A stretch of DNA of 64,000 nt from Candidatus Bathyarchaeota archaeon (GTDB taxonomy: Archaea > Thermoproteota > Bathyarchaeia > Bathyarchaeales > Bathycorpusculaceae). Shown here piece after piece: positions 53,207 to 63,445 of this stretch. The stretch is taken from NCBI GenBank assembly GCA_963770935.1, contig CAVYRJ010000008.1, positions 160,001 through 224,000 of the forward strand, given 5' to 3'. The notes beneath the pieces are model-generated. The model did no database searches and had not been told where the DNA came from. It saw nothing but the letters and a program-made list of their open reading frames with translations. Position 1 is the stretch's first letter, and every line of letters begins with the position of its first letter. The position numbers and the translations under genes are program-made.

Positions 53207-53353
53207 GTGATTTCTTGTTATAGAGTTAACTGTCCAAAATGCGGTAAAGAATTGGTCAAAGCAGATAAAAAATTAGAGAACACTGTTTTTTATGTAGCAC
53301 GTTTTACGTGCGATTCGTGTGGCACGTGTTTCAAGTTTTCTTCGGAATTTTAA
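53207..53353 (+). CDS. 48-aa zinc-ribbon microprotein
   Basis: Manual translation MISCYRVNCPKCGKELVKADKKLENTVFYVARFTCDSCGTCFKFSSEF; GTG start with AGGTTGA upstream. Confidence 0.6.
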   Translation: MISCYRVNCPKCGKELVKADKKLENTVFYVARFTCDSCGTCFKFSSEF

Positions 53354-53751
53354 TTAATGGCTTGTAAGTCACATTTTTTCTGAGAACTATCAAGATAAAT
53401 ATTGCCCGAGTTCAATCGATAGCATCAAAAATAAGAGCAGTCTCTTGAAACTAAGCGGCGGCGATTTGTTTGGTAGTTCTCTTGACTACCTGTATAAGAT
53501 AGATCACTCGTGGCAAGTCAAATGCCCAAATAGTAGCGGAATAATGAAATCAAAAACAGGAATTTTGCTTTCATCACCAAATTAACAAAAAATATGCAAA
53601 AAATATCATAACTCTCCTCAAGGAACAAGGCGTTCCTCCAAAAGAATAGCTATAAAATATGCTCAAAAGAGCTACTAAGGGTTATGGACTAATTCAAGTG
53701 CTTTATATAAGGGTCCTACAGTTTCTCAGAGCAACATAGGAGCGCAAAGAC

Positions 53752-54066
53752 ATGCAATTGGAAGAGATGAAAAAAGAAATCGAAAACCTCGTAATCGCAA
53801 AAGGATTTTATAACAAGCCAGAAGACATTCCAAAAAAACTGCTTTTTGCCTTCATAGAACTAGGTGAAGCAAGCGATGCTTGGAAAAAAGGGTTGTCCCA
53901 AGAGAAAATCGCTGAAGAATTAATTGACGTAATCTTCTATGTCTTGGATGCAAGCCGCCTGGCATGTCCGAAGATTAATATGGATGAAGTTTTCAAGAAA
54001 AAATTAGAAAAAAACCTCAACCGACCCTTCCAGTATGGTGAGGGACACCGAAACAAACAGGCTTAA
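53752..54066 (+). CDS. MazG-like nucleotide pyrophosphohydrolase
   Basis: IELGEASDAWKK, AEELIDVIFY, KLEKNLNR. Confidence 0.85.
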   Translation: MQLEEMKKEIENLVIAKGFYNKPEDIPKKLLFAFIELGEASDAWKKGLSQEKIAEELIDVIFYVLDASRLACPKINMDEVFKKKLEKNLNRPFQYGEGHRNKQA

Positions 54067-54131
54067 ACAAGACAAAAATTTTTAACTAACGCTTTTATAT
54101 AAAACCAAGAATTAATGTCTGTTGAAACAAA

Positions 54132-54557
54132 GTGGAATTCACCTGCCCAAATAACGTGCACTTCGAGTGCAGCAAATGCGGATTATGTTGTGGCGACACA
54201 AAAGAAAAAACTCGGCGCATTCTCCTTCTGGAAACTGAAGCCAAGGAAATATCAAATGGAACTGGATTGCCCAAACAGGAATTCACAAGCCAAATCACGG
54301 GAAAAACGCCTTACTACTATGAAATGAAAAAAAACATTGAAGGCAAATGTTGCTTTTTGAAGGATAATCGATGCAGTATTTACGGTTTAAGACCTTTAAT
54401 CTGCCGGTTCTATCCTTTTGAACTAAAATTTGAGCTAGATAAAGACCAGCATATTTTTGATTTTACGTTTGAATGCCCTGGAATAAGTAAGGGCAAAATG
54501 ATGGCGAGAAAAGATTTTGAAGTTTTGTTTTTGCTGGCTAAAGAAAGGTTACCTTAA
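54132..54557 (+). CDS. YkgJ family CxxCxxCC cysteine-cluster protein
   Basis: FECSKCGLCC, CCFL, CSIYGLRPLICRFYPF, CPG. Confidence 0.88.
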   Translation: MEFTCPNNVHFECSKCGLCCGDTKEKTRRILLLETEAKEISNGTGLPKQEFTSQITGKTPYYYEMKKNIEGKCCFLKDNRCSIYGLRPLICRFYPFELKFELDKDQHIFDFTFECPGISKGKMMARKDFEVLFLLAKERLP

Positions 54558-55018
54558 AGTTGTCTCATAACATCTGATTGCTCTAAGGTGACTCCGCAAT
54601 AGTGGCACTTTAACAGTAACGGCTCCTCAGCCTTAAGGTAAAATTTTGAGACCACAGGTTCATCGCTATTGCTTATGCAACATGGGTTAACACATTTAAC
54701 GATGCCTTCCATAATTTGGGGCAACTTTACCTCCAGCTTTTCCACAACAACATAATCATGAATAATGTTTATTGATGCGTGAGGAGCAACTAGAGCAATC
54801 CTGTTAACTTCCTGTGAATCAAGCGCTTTTCCCTCTATTTTTACTATATCCTTAACTCCGAAACGTCTACTTGGAACGTTAATGGCTATCGTCATCACTT
54901 TTTTTTCTTTGCCAGTTATGCCTAAAATTTTTATTACATCTAAAGCGTACCCTCCGCGGATGTGGTCGATGACCGTCCCGTTTTTGATTTTGGATACTCT
55001 AAGCTCCTTGTTAGTCAT
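54554..55018 (-). CDS. pyrI: Aspartate carbamoyltransferase regulatory subunit
   Basis: IKNGTVIDHI, KDIVKIE, CVNPCCISN, CHYC. Confidence 0.95.
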   Translation of the reverse strand: MTNKELRVSKIKNGTVIDHIRGGYALDVIKILGITGKEKKVMTIAINVPSRRFGVKDIVKIEGKALDSQEVNRIALVAPHASINIIHDYVVVEKLEVKLPQIMEGIVKCVNPCCISNSDEPVVSKFYLKAEEPLLLKCHYCGVTLEQSDVMRQL

Positions 55019-55161
55019 ACAATTTCATCTCATCAAGCTATACCATAGCAACAATTAAGATTTTACTCAGAAAAGTCACAAAAAAAACCTTACGACTTTG
55101 AAAATCGCATGTCTGTTTCTTATCTTTTTTCCATCTAAAAAACAAGTATGAGGTTTTGGTA

Positions 55162-56725
55162 TCACTCTGAATGCGATCCCGCCTTAATTTTGTGAATTAC
55201 GCTGATTACCAGTTTTCCATGAGGGGTCTTCACTAAACCCATCCGCAAATGAATCGGCATCTTCTCCTGATTTTTCCTGACTTGAACTGTATGAAGATCC
55301 ACTTGCTCGGTTTTTTGGAGTTTATCCATGAGCTCTTTCTTTTCCAATTCTGGAATTTCCAGAACCTCCCAAAGGTTCATGTTCAGGAATTCGTCGCATG
55401 GATACCCGAACAACTCGCATGTGGCAAGGTTTGCATAGACAAATTCTCCTTTCAAGTTCGCCAAAAAGATGGCTTCGCTTAGATTATCTAAAATCATCGC
55501 CCTAAAGAGCAAGCCCTCTTCGATTTTTCGACGTTCCATAATTTCCCCAGTCAGTTTCTGGTTTGCTTGCGCGTACTCTGCCGTGCGCAGCGCTACAACC
55601 TCCTCAAGCCGCTGGTTGTAACTGTTCAACTCCTGCTCCAATTCCTTGCGTTTAGTGATGTTTTCAAAAATTGCAACGAAATAGTCTTTTTTTGGACCAT
55701 AAACTGAAATATTAAGCCAAATGTTAAGCGGCCTAAAGAAAAGCTCAAATCGTTCTGCTTTTCCAGTTTTTGCAACTCTGCCATAAATTTCAAATATTTC
55801 AGGGTTCGCTTCTTTTGTTCCCGGAATAGCCTCAGAAACCTTTCTGCCAACCACAGATTCACGTTTCAAACCAGTTAGTTTCTCAAAGGTCTCGTTAATT
55901 TCCAAGTACATAAAATCTGCAGGTTCATATTTTTCGTCGAAAATCATCTTGCAGTACGCATAGCCGTTAATCATGTTATCAAATAGGGACCTGTATTTTT
56001 CTTCGCTTTCTTTAAGTGCTTCTTCAGCTTGCTTTTTTTCATCAATGTTTACAACGTAGATTCTGATTCTCGGTCCAATAGGCATGTAAGAAAACTGTTG
56101 CAGGTACCAGTTCTTATCAAGATGTATTTCTCTTCCAAAAGAATACTCTGCTGCAATTTTACTTTTGAAGACGCGAGAAACATTTTCCCAATCCACGAAG
56201 AAAGGTTGGTTTAAACCTTTTTTTTCAAGGTTTGGGAAAATTTTGTTGGCGGCTGGATTTGTGTAAGTTATTTTTCCGTCAAAGTCAACTTCAACAATTG
56301 GGTTTGGATCGAAGGATGGGAATGATGCTAATCGGATGTATCTTTCTTCGACTAGTTTGCGGTCAGTTATGTCGTGTCCAGAAAATATTGTGCCTTTGAA
56401 CCTTGCCTTTTTCATCTTTAATGGGCAGGTTAACCCAATCTACAATGCGTTCTTGACCGCTTTTGGTCAAAACCTGTTTATCAGCGTGCCCTCTTCGATA
56501 AGTTCCATCCAGCAATTGATGAAAAGTAAGCCTCATCTCATCTCGGATTCTTTCAGGAATAAAAACGTCAAACCAGTTCTTGCCTACAACCTCGTTTTTT
56601 AAGTACTCCAGTAACTCGCAGCCTTTTTGGTTAATATCTGCAACTATTTCGTCGCTTCTAACAAAAACTGTTATTACATCTTCCAAGTTGAGGTCGATGT
56701 TTTCTATTTTCGTTTTTTCAGACAT
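55162..56725 (-). CDS. Multi-PAS domain protein without output domain, frameshift near 56390
   Basis: PAS signatures NQKGCELL..VVGKNWFD, DITDRK, NETFEKLTG..VVG, NITKRK, NLATCELFGY; coiled coil LEEVVALRT. Confidence 0.8.
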
Positions 56726-58902
56726 TAAAAATTCTCCTTTTCAATTAAAGGGTAACTGTTAGGAGTCTCGGAAAAGACGGCAGGCATGTACATTCGTTCT
56801 ATGTACTGTTGCATCATCCTGCATGCATTGAAAACTGGGTTAACGGTTTTGATTGCTTCTTTGGCGACTTGAATCCAGCGGTGTGGAATTCCTTTGCGGT
56901 CACGGTCGTAATATAGAGGCACTATATTATTTTCCAGCAGACTATATAATGATTCAGCGTCGGCTCTGTCTTCCTCCTCAGGATTCCCACCCTTAAAACC
57001 GTCAATTGCCCAACCATTCAAGCCGTTGAATGCTTCATCCCACCATCCATCGCGAACACTCAAGTTAATTACCCCATTCATTGAAGCTTTCATACCGCTT
57101 GTCCCACATGCTTCTTGCAAACGTCTAGGCGTATTTAGCCAAACATCAACCCCCCGGACTAAATCTCTGGCGAGGTTCATATCGTAGTCTTCCACGAAGA
57201 CTATTCTCCCTTGAAACCGCTTATCCAACGCCACATTGTAAACAACTTTGAGAAGTTCTTTTGACGCGTAATCGGCTGGATGAGATTTCCCGCCAAAAAT
57301 TATCTGCACAGGTCGTAGTGGGTCAGTGACTATTTTTCTGAGCCGTTCGCTATCAGATAAAATTAGGTAGGGACGCTTGTACTGGGTAAATCGACGTGTA
57401 AAAGCAATAGTTAAAGCATACGGGTCAAGTAAAGCGCCCATTGCAAGCACCTGCTGGGTAGAAATTCCATCTCTGACTAAACGCAATTGAGCGCGGTCTT
57501 GGATCGCGTTGATAAGCCGACTTTTCATTATTTGGTGCACATTCCAAAACTGCTCATCTGGAATATCGGGCGCACATTTCCAATACTGCTCATCATTCTC
57601 GCTTGGTAATGTTTCATTTTTAATCTGTTTTTTGCAAAGTTCTGAAATTTCTGCAGCTCGCCAACTCTGCGAGTGAACACCGTTAGTTATGCTTAAAATT
57701 GGAATTTCGTCTAAGACTTTTCCGGGGTAGAGAACGCTCCACATATTGCGAGCTACCTGACCGTGAAGTTTGCTTACGGCGTTGGCTTGACCAGCTAACC
57801 TCAGTGCAAAAGCCGTTAAACTAAATTTTTCTAGACCTAAACCTTCGTAAATTCCAAGTTTCAAGAAGCTCTCTCGGTCAATTCCTAAGGTTTCCCAAAA
57901 GTTTTGCGAGTAACGATCCATTAGTTGATATGGGAAAACGTGTTGACCTGCTGAAACAGGCGTGTGAGTCGTAAAAACAGAGGTTCTTCGCACTTTTTGC
58001 AAAGCTTCATTTAGGGGGGTTCCTTTGGCGCGTTCTTCTCTGAGTCTCTCAAGCATCATGAACGCAGTGTGGTCTTCATTTGCATGCCAGACGACTGGTT
58101 TTATATGCAGCTCCCGAAGGGTTCGCACTCCGCCTATGCCCAACACGATAAGTTGCCGAAGTCTCTCCTCTTGGTCGGCGGTATAGAGTCTTGCTGAAAG
58201 CCCCCTATCCTCTGCACGGTTATCACTGAGGTTTGTGTCGAGCAAATACAGGTTCACCCTTCCAACACGGACCTGCCAGACTTGGAGGAAAATTTGGTGG
58301 TCCCCGAGCGGAACAGGAATCAAAGGACCACAGCCCATGGGCCAAGCGCATGGTGAAATTGGTGCTTCGCTAAAATCTAGCTGTGTGTAGGCTTCTTCTT
58401 GCCAGCCTTCGGCAGAGACGTGTTGGCGGAAATAGCCTTGGGGATACATGAACCCTACGGCAACCAAAGGTAATCCACTGTCAGAGGATTGTTTACAGAT
58501 ATCACCTGCTAATACTCCTAAACCGCCCGCGTAGATGGGAAGAGAATTGTGGATAGCGTATTCAGCGGAAAAATATGCAATTTGCCCATCAAAGTTGTCG
58601 GGAACTTTTTTTCCGCACCAATCCTTCTTACTTAACATGTAATTATCAAATTTCAAAATCACTGAGTCGTATAGTTCAAGGAAAGCTGGGTCTCTTGCCG
58701 CAGCTTCTAGTTTGTCGGGGTTGATGTCACGGAGTTGTTTAACCGGGTTATGGCCACTTGCTCTCCAAAGTTCATAGTCAAGAGAACGAAAAACCTGTCG
58801 TCCATCTTCATCCCAACTCCACCAAAGGTTATTTGCAAGCTCAGCTAGTCTTCCAATCCGTTTGGGAACTAATTGAACAATTTCTCCTTCTGGAAATTCC
58901 AT
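56725..58902 (-). CDS. glgP: Alpha-glucan (glycogen) phosphorylase
   Basis: YAGGLGVLAGD, FTTHTP, RRFTQYKR, EACGTSGMK, DGWWDE. Confidence 0.93.
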   Translation of the reverse strand: MEFPEGEIVQLVPKRIGRLAELANNLWWSWDEDGRQVFRSLDYELWRASGHNPVKQLRDINPDKLEAAARDPAFLELYDSVILKFDNYMLSKKDWCGKKVPDNFDGQIAYFSAEYAIHNSLPIYAGGLGVLAGDICKQSSDSGLPLVAVGFMYPQGYFRQHVSAEGWQEEAYTQLDFSEAPISPCAWPMGCGPLIPVPLGDHQIFLQVWQVRVGRVNLYLLDTNLSDNRAEDRGLSARLYTADQEERLRQLIVLGIGGVRTLRELHIKPVVWHANEDHTAFMMLERLREERAKGTPLNEALQKVRRTSVFTTHTPVSAGQHVFPYQLMDRYSQNFWETLGIDRESFLKLGIYEGLGLEKFSLTAFALRLAGQANAVSKLHGQVARNMWSVLYPGKVLDEIPILSITNGVHSQSWRAAEISELCKKQIKNETLPSENDEQYWKCAPDIPDEQFWNVHQIMKSRLINAIQDRAQLRLVRDGISTQQVLAMGALLDPYALTIAFTRRFTQYKRPYLILSDSERLRKIVTDPLRPVQIIFGGKSHPADYASKELLKVVYNVALDKRFQGRIVFVEDYDMNLARDLVRGVDVWLNTPRRLQEACGTSGMKASMNGVINLSVRDGWWDEAFNGLNGWAIDGFKGGNPEEEDRADAESLYSLLENNIVPLYYDRDRKGIPHRWIQVAKEAIKTVNPVFNACRMMQQYIERMYMPAVFSETPNSYPLIEKENF

Positions 58903-59216
58903 TTAGCTCGTTCCTTTGGTTTTAGTTTTGGCTAACTCATTGTCTTCCCCATTTAGGGCTAAGCAAAACTTTAATCGGCAAAATTCTTGCATTGCAACTT
59001 TTTCATTAACCATTAAGTATTTTTTATTATTTATAGTTTAATATTGGCTAAAAAAACAACCCAGAATAATTATTACTCAAGAGGAGAAAGACAGACAATT
59101 GAGGCTTTAATTATTGGAGAAGAACTGTTATTCGCTAAGTGCTTAAGAAACGAAAAGAAAGCGTGGCTTCCAATGACTGCTTTTGAAGAGAATTATAAAA
59201 AAATCTATTTGCTCGC

Positions 59217-59486
59217 TCACTGAGTAGTAATGGTGCCTGGTGGAATTGTCTGAGGTTCGAATACTTGTACAGTTGGATTGACTTCAATACCTCCAATGCG
59301 AGGAGTTCTCAGATGCTCCAGCACTCTGTTCCATGTTAGCAATCTTATACCAGAATTGGAATAGAGTTCATGTCTGGCAGTTCTAGCTTTCTCATAGAGA
59401 ATTAATGCCCTTTCTGGCAAGATGTGCGATTGCAGAATCCTTCTTTCGTCTGTGCTTATTATTATTCCACCTAAACGACTTCTTTT
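59217..59486 (-). pseudogene. C-terminal fragment resembling a PD-(D/E)xK nuclease (DUF4263/Shedu-like)
   Basis: No ATG; reads LGGIIIST...GIRLLTWNRVLEHLR, similar by eye to the Shedu-family terminal strand and helix. Confidence 0.3.
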
Positions 59487-59642
59487 TCATCTGTAATATT
59501 GAAAGTATTTCGAAAATCCGTACTTCCTTTAGCTTCAAGATAAAAGCAGAAGTTTTCAGAGTAAATGATGCATAAAACGTGTAAAGATCATTTAGAGAAT
59601 GATTTACTAATAGGCTGAGGAATATTTTATTTCCATGGTTGC

Positions 59643-59768
59643 ATGCCGAGAATAAAGGTCGGCAGTCAGCAGAACATTGAGACGTTGATTAGTGAAGAGG
59701 CTCTTTTGTTTGCAAAATATCTGAGAAATGAACGGAAAGACTGGATTCCGAGACTATCACAAATATAG
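59643..59768 (+). pseudogene. C-terminal remnant resembling an archaeal stand-alone Cas1
   Basis: MPRIKVGSQQNIETLISEEALLFAKYLRNERKDWIPRLSQI, preceded by out-of-frame EEYFISMV; recalled similarity to bathyarchaeal Cas1 C-termini, not verified by search. Confidence 0.5.
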
Positions 59769-59843
59769 CTTAACCCTGATGCAACATTATTACTTCAAGA
59801 GTTACCTGCTTCTCAGCGCCTTCTGTATTTTTTTATAATCATG

Positions 59844-61496
59844 CTACAGGTTATCAACAACTGCAACTAATATTTTTTCGATTATTCCCCTTAGTTTTTC
59901 AATTTCCTCATTTGTAACTTCCCACTCTTTTTTACCATGAATAATATCATTCCGCTTGTTCCTTGTTGTTTTAAGCAATTTCCATTCATTTATAGACAGA
60001 GATATTCTTAGTTCTTCGGTTGTCGCTGAGAAAACTTCCATTATTGGGGGGTCATTCAGCATGTTGATTTTGTCTTTGATTATTTCACTTTTTTTTCCTG
60101 AAAAATTGAGGGATTGAAGCTTTTTTTGAATTAACTTGATTTCTAAATCGTTAAAATGCTTATGTTGAGCAGACCTTAATACTACGAGTTCAATAGCAGT
60201 CCAAAGGTCAAGCAATCTATCAATATTGTTACCCTCACCTACAGTTCTCGATACCCAATGTAATGCTAGAAGGACGTTTTTCTCAAATTGAGTCAGAGAA
60301 GAATACTCCTTAACGAAAATCTTCTCAAAAAGATTCTTTGTTGGCTTGAAGTATTCACTAGGGTCACTTTGAATCACTAGAAAATTGCCTAACAATTCTC
60401 GAGTATCAAAAATGCATGCGCTTTCTCTATTTATCTCTCTGCAGTAAGCCATTGGTGAAATGTTAATTCGAGAATAATGCTTAAAGAAATCATAAGTTGA
60501 AAAAATTTTCTGGTTTCCTTCATTTATCACTGTGAACGTCAAATCGTTCCGAAAAACCATCCAATTTATTGCTCTTTGAATTTTAGAATATCCTGATTTC
60601 AATGCATCAAAATGATTTGTAGATTTAACGACAACTCTTGCCCGTAAAAAGTTGGACCCCCAATCAGGTTCTCGTTGGCACATACGACTTTTTCGAATTA
60701 TTTGGTCATCCTTTGTATCAAAAATGGAGCGGAATTCCACTCCCGCAAATTGAAAAACCCCTTCAAGTATGAGATGCTTAATTGGAACGATTACCACAAA
60801 ATCTCTTTCTGTTAAATTTATTTTAACTTGAGGCGGTGCTTGAAATTTCAGTTCTGTTTTCTTTGTAATGAAGTAAAGTGAATCAAAAGGGTCAAATTGA
60901 ATAAACTCGAGGTTTACTTGCTCGGTGGTCAAACTTCTGGGCGCAGTTTCACATTCAAAATTAGCTATGTCATCGCCATGGGTTATCCTATTTATTAAAC
61001 CTTTGTAAATTGCTTGGTGAGTTGTATTATCATAGATTGTTAATGGGTCTCTAGTGTCAATAGATTCGAATTCTTCATTTGAACTAGGCTTTATAAAGAA
61101 GATTGCCTTCGCAGAAGGCACGCCTGGACCAGGAGATTGCACCAACGTGACAATAATATCGTTTGTCAGAATTCTATCGCCAATCTTAACGTAAACCGAC
61201 CTTAAAGGTGGGTTTGTTGGAGGTGCATTATTCCCATGCGGTAAATTGTCTGAGTACAAGAAAACATAATTACCATATCCATCAGACCCCCTCTTGAAGT
61301 GTTGGACATAGTCGAAAAAAATTGAATCGTTTTCCGATGATATCGCTTGATTATTGGAACCGTTAAGCAATTTTACTGTTGTGGTTAATTTTCCTTCCTT
61401 CATCTGGTGACTTATCTCAGTAATATGAAAACCGCTTTCAAGTAATCTTTTCAACTCATCGGTTGTTACACTAGAACTCATGTTACCGCACTTCAT
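59844..61496 (-). CDS. HEPN-domain protein (ApeA-like putative defence RNase)
   Basis: C-terminal LLDLWTAIE and RNDIIHG (RxxxxH) HEPN motifs; AT-rich. Confidence 0.7.
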   Translation of the reverse strand: MKCGNMSSSVTTDELKRLLESGFHITEISHQMKEGKLTTTVKLLNGSNNQAISSENDSIFFDYVQHFKRGSDGYGNYVFLYSDNLPHGNNAPPTNPPLRSVYVKIGDRILTNDIIVTLVQSPGPGVPSAKAIFFIKPSSNEEFESIDTRDPLTIYDNTTHQAIYKGLINRITHGDDIANFECETAPRSLTTEQVNLEFIQFDPFDSLYFITKKTELKFQAPPQVKINLTERDFVVIVPIKHLILEGVFQFAGVEFRSIFDTKDDQIIRKSRMCQREPDWGSNFLRARVVVKSTNHFDALKSGYSKIQRAINWMVFRNDLTFTVINEGNQKIFSTYDFFKHYSRINISPMAYCREINRESACIFDTRELLGNFLVIQSDPSEYFKPTKNLFEKIFVKEYSSLTQFEKNVLLALHWVSRTVGEGNNIDRLLDLWTAIELVVLRSAQHKHFNDLEIKLIQKKLQSLNFSGKKSEIIKDKINMLNDPPIMEVFSATTEELRISLSINEWKLLKTTRNKRNDIIHGKKEWEVTNEEIEKLRGIIEKILVAVVDNL

Positions 61497-61716
61497 TTTT
61501 CATAGTCGAAACTCATATTTATAATTAAGAGACTTGGAGCGTATGCTGGTCTTTTCATTTTGTGTGTTTGACAAACTCACAGGTAGACTGACAGGTTGAC
61601 AGAGAAATTGACTGACAGACATTAGGCACTCTTTGTTTTGTGTTGTTGTGTTGTGTCGTGTTGTGTTGTTGTGGGTGTGAGAAAGTGCAAATTTAAAGCA
61701 TTGGCGTTTGCTAATT

Positions 61717-62826
61717 TCATCTGCGTTTTATATGGTATTGTTCGATAACATCCTTTGCTTTTTCTCTTTTTTCGCGATGTGCTTCGAGGAATCGGTTAAG
61801 TTTTTCCGCCATGTCTTTCTTGCATTCGCCACAGAGCATTTCGCCTCCTCGGCATTTGCGTTCGCGTTCAGCAAGTTTGGCATTGTCTTCTTCAAAGAGG
61901 AAGAAGTAGTATTGGAATATACTACAGACTGTAGGGTCAGCGCCGCTTTTGCGCTGTTCTGCAGCGGTGCCTTTGCCTCCTGTGAAAGCGTTCCAGATTT
62001 TCTTTTTCACAACGTCGGGTGGATCCACTGTGAATATGCTTGTTTCTGGCATTGAGGCGCTCATTTTTCCACCTGCGGCTAAGCCTGGAAGGAAACGGCA
62101 ATGGATCTGTGCGGGTTTATAGTAGCCTAGTTTTTGGGCTATGTCGCGCGTTACTCGCCAGTAAGGATCTTGGTCGATGGCTGCTGGGATGAGCGCAGGA
62201 ACATTTTCGCCTGTTAGTTTTTTGTGTATGAAGCATGGTGCGGCTTGGATTGCTGGCCAGTAGACCCAACCGATGTTGGTGCTGTCTTGGAAGCCAAAGG
62301 TGCTGCGGGCAGTTGAGTATGTTATGCGTTTGGCGACTTCAAGGGTTATGTCATAGAGAAGGTCAATGTCTTTTGTGTCGTAGATTATGAACGTGTCTTG
62401 GGGCTTGAAGCCCAAAGCGATGAGGTCCAATGCGTTTTCGTAGGACCATTTTGCAGTGTCTTTAAGGTCTGCGTTGTCGCTGATTAGGTATTTTTCGTCA
62501 TCTGTTATTTGGAAATAGAGTCGCGTTTTGAATTTTTGTTGAATATGAAGGGTAAATATCCAAGGAACAATATGCCCGATGTGCACGGGGCCGCTGGGTC
62601 CTCTGCCAGTGTAGAGTACAAATTTGGTGCCTTTATCATACAAATCAAGCACGGTGTCTAGGTCGCGGTGGCTAAAGAATATCTTCCGTTCCAATTGTAA
62701 ATGGAGTTTGTCTGTGTGGTCTTCTACACGCTTGAGAAGTTCGGGTGTGAGTGGTTGGGTGCCGAATTCTTTTATGAGTCGTTCATAGTCAACTTTGCCT
62801 TTAACTTCCCACGGTGTAACTACCAT
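61717..62826 (-). CDS. trpS: Tryptophanyl-tRNA synthetase (archaeal type)
   Basis: VTPWEV, YTGRGPS, HIGH, IDQDPYWR, KMSAS, CGECK. Confidence 0.95.
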   Translation of the reverse strand: MVVTPWEVKGKVDYERLIKEFGTQPLTPELLKRVEDHTDKLHLQLERKIFFSHRDLDTVLDLYDKGTKFVLYTGRGPSGPVHIGHIVPWIFTLHIQQKFKTRLYFQITDDEKYLISDNADLKDTAKWSYENALDLIALGFKPQDTFIIYDTKDIDLLYDITLEVAKRITYSTARSTFGFQDSTNIGWVYWPAIQAAPCFIHKKLTGENVPALIPAAIDQDPYWRVTRDIAQKLGYYKPAQIHCRFLPGLAAGGKMSASMPETSIFTVDPPDVVKKKIWNAFTGGKGTAAEQRKSGADPTVCSIFQYYFFLFEEDNAKLAERERKCRGGEMLCGECKKDMAEKLNRFLEAHREKREKAKDVIEQYHIKRR

Positions 62827-63445
62827 TTCATTGTTGTTTTCTTCACCGTTAGATGCAACCGTAATGCTTCACCAGTGCCCTTTTATCAAGAAACAGCGAC
62901 TTGTCATATATGTTTTTCACTGAGGCAAATATTGTGTTATTTCCCAGAGCGAGCGTTAGTTCAATATTAAGAATGTCACTTGATCAATAGATTCGGCGGA
63001 ATTTTCCAAGAATTAGCCCAAAAAGGAAGAGTTAAGCGAATCAAGCCAAGCGCCAAATGGATAAGGCCTAAAAGGCAGGTGGGCAACGGCCTTCTCCTTA
63101 TTTAGCAGCCGGATTCGCTCAACTGTGTTGGCTATCCCTTGCATTCCATCTAACGGGTAACTTGTCTCAAAAATATAAAAGATTGTGGTTACATTGTGAA
63201 ACCACAACCGCTAAATCGCTGGATTTTTAGTTCAAGAATAAGGCATACAAAAACCATTAAACTCAAATTCAGACTTTAAACTTCAGATATTATGTTTTAT
63301 GCACATCAGTCATGGTAATCGATATTGGTTATTCAGATTTTAGAAAAATCATGTAACCTGAAGAGGTCTCTTGTTATTTGCTTTTTTTGGAAAAGCAATA
63401 TAGCTTAGAACAATAACCGTTCAATGTTTGGGATGAAAATCTGAG

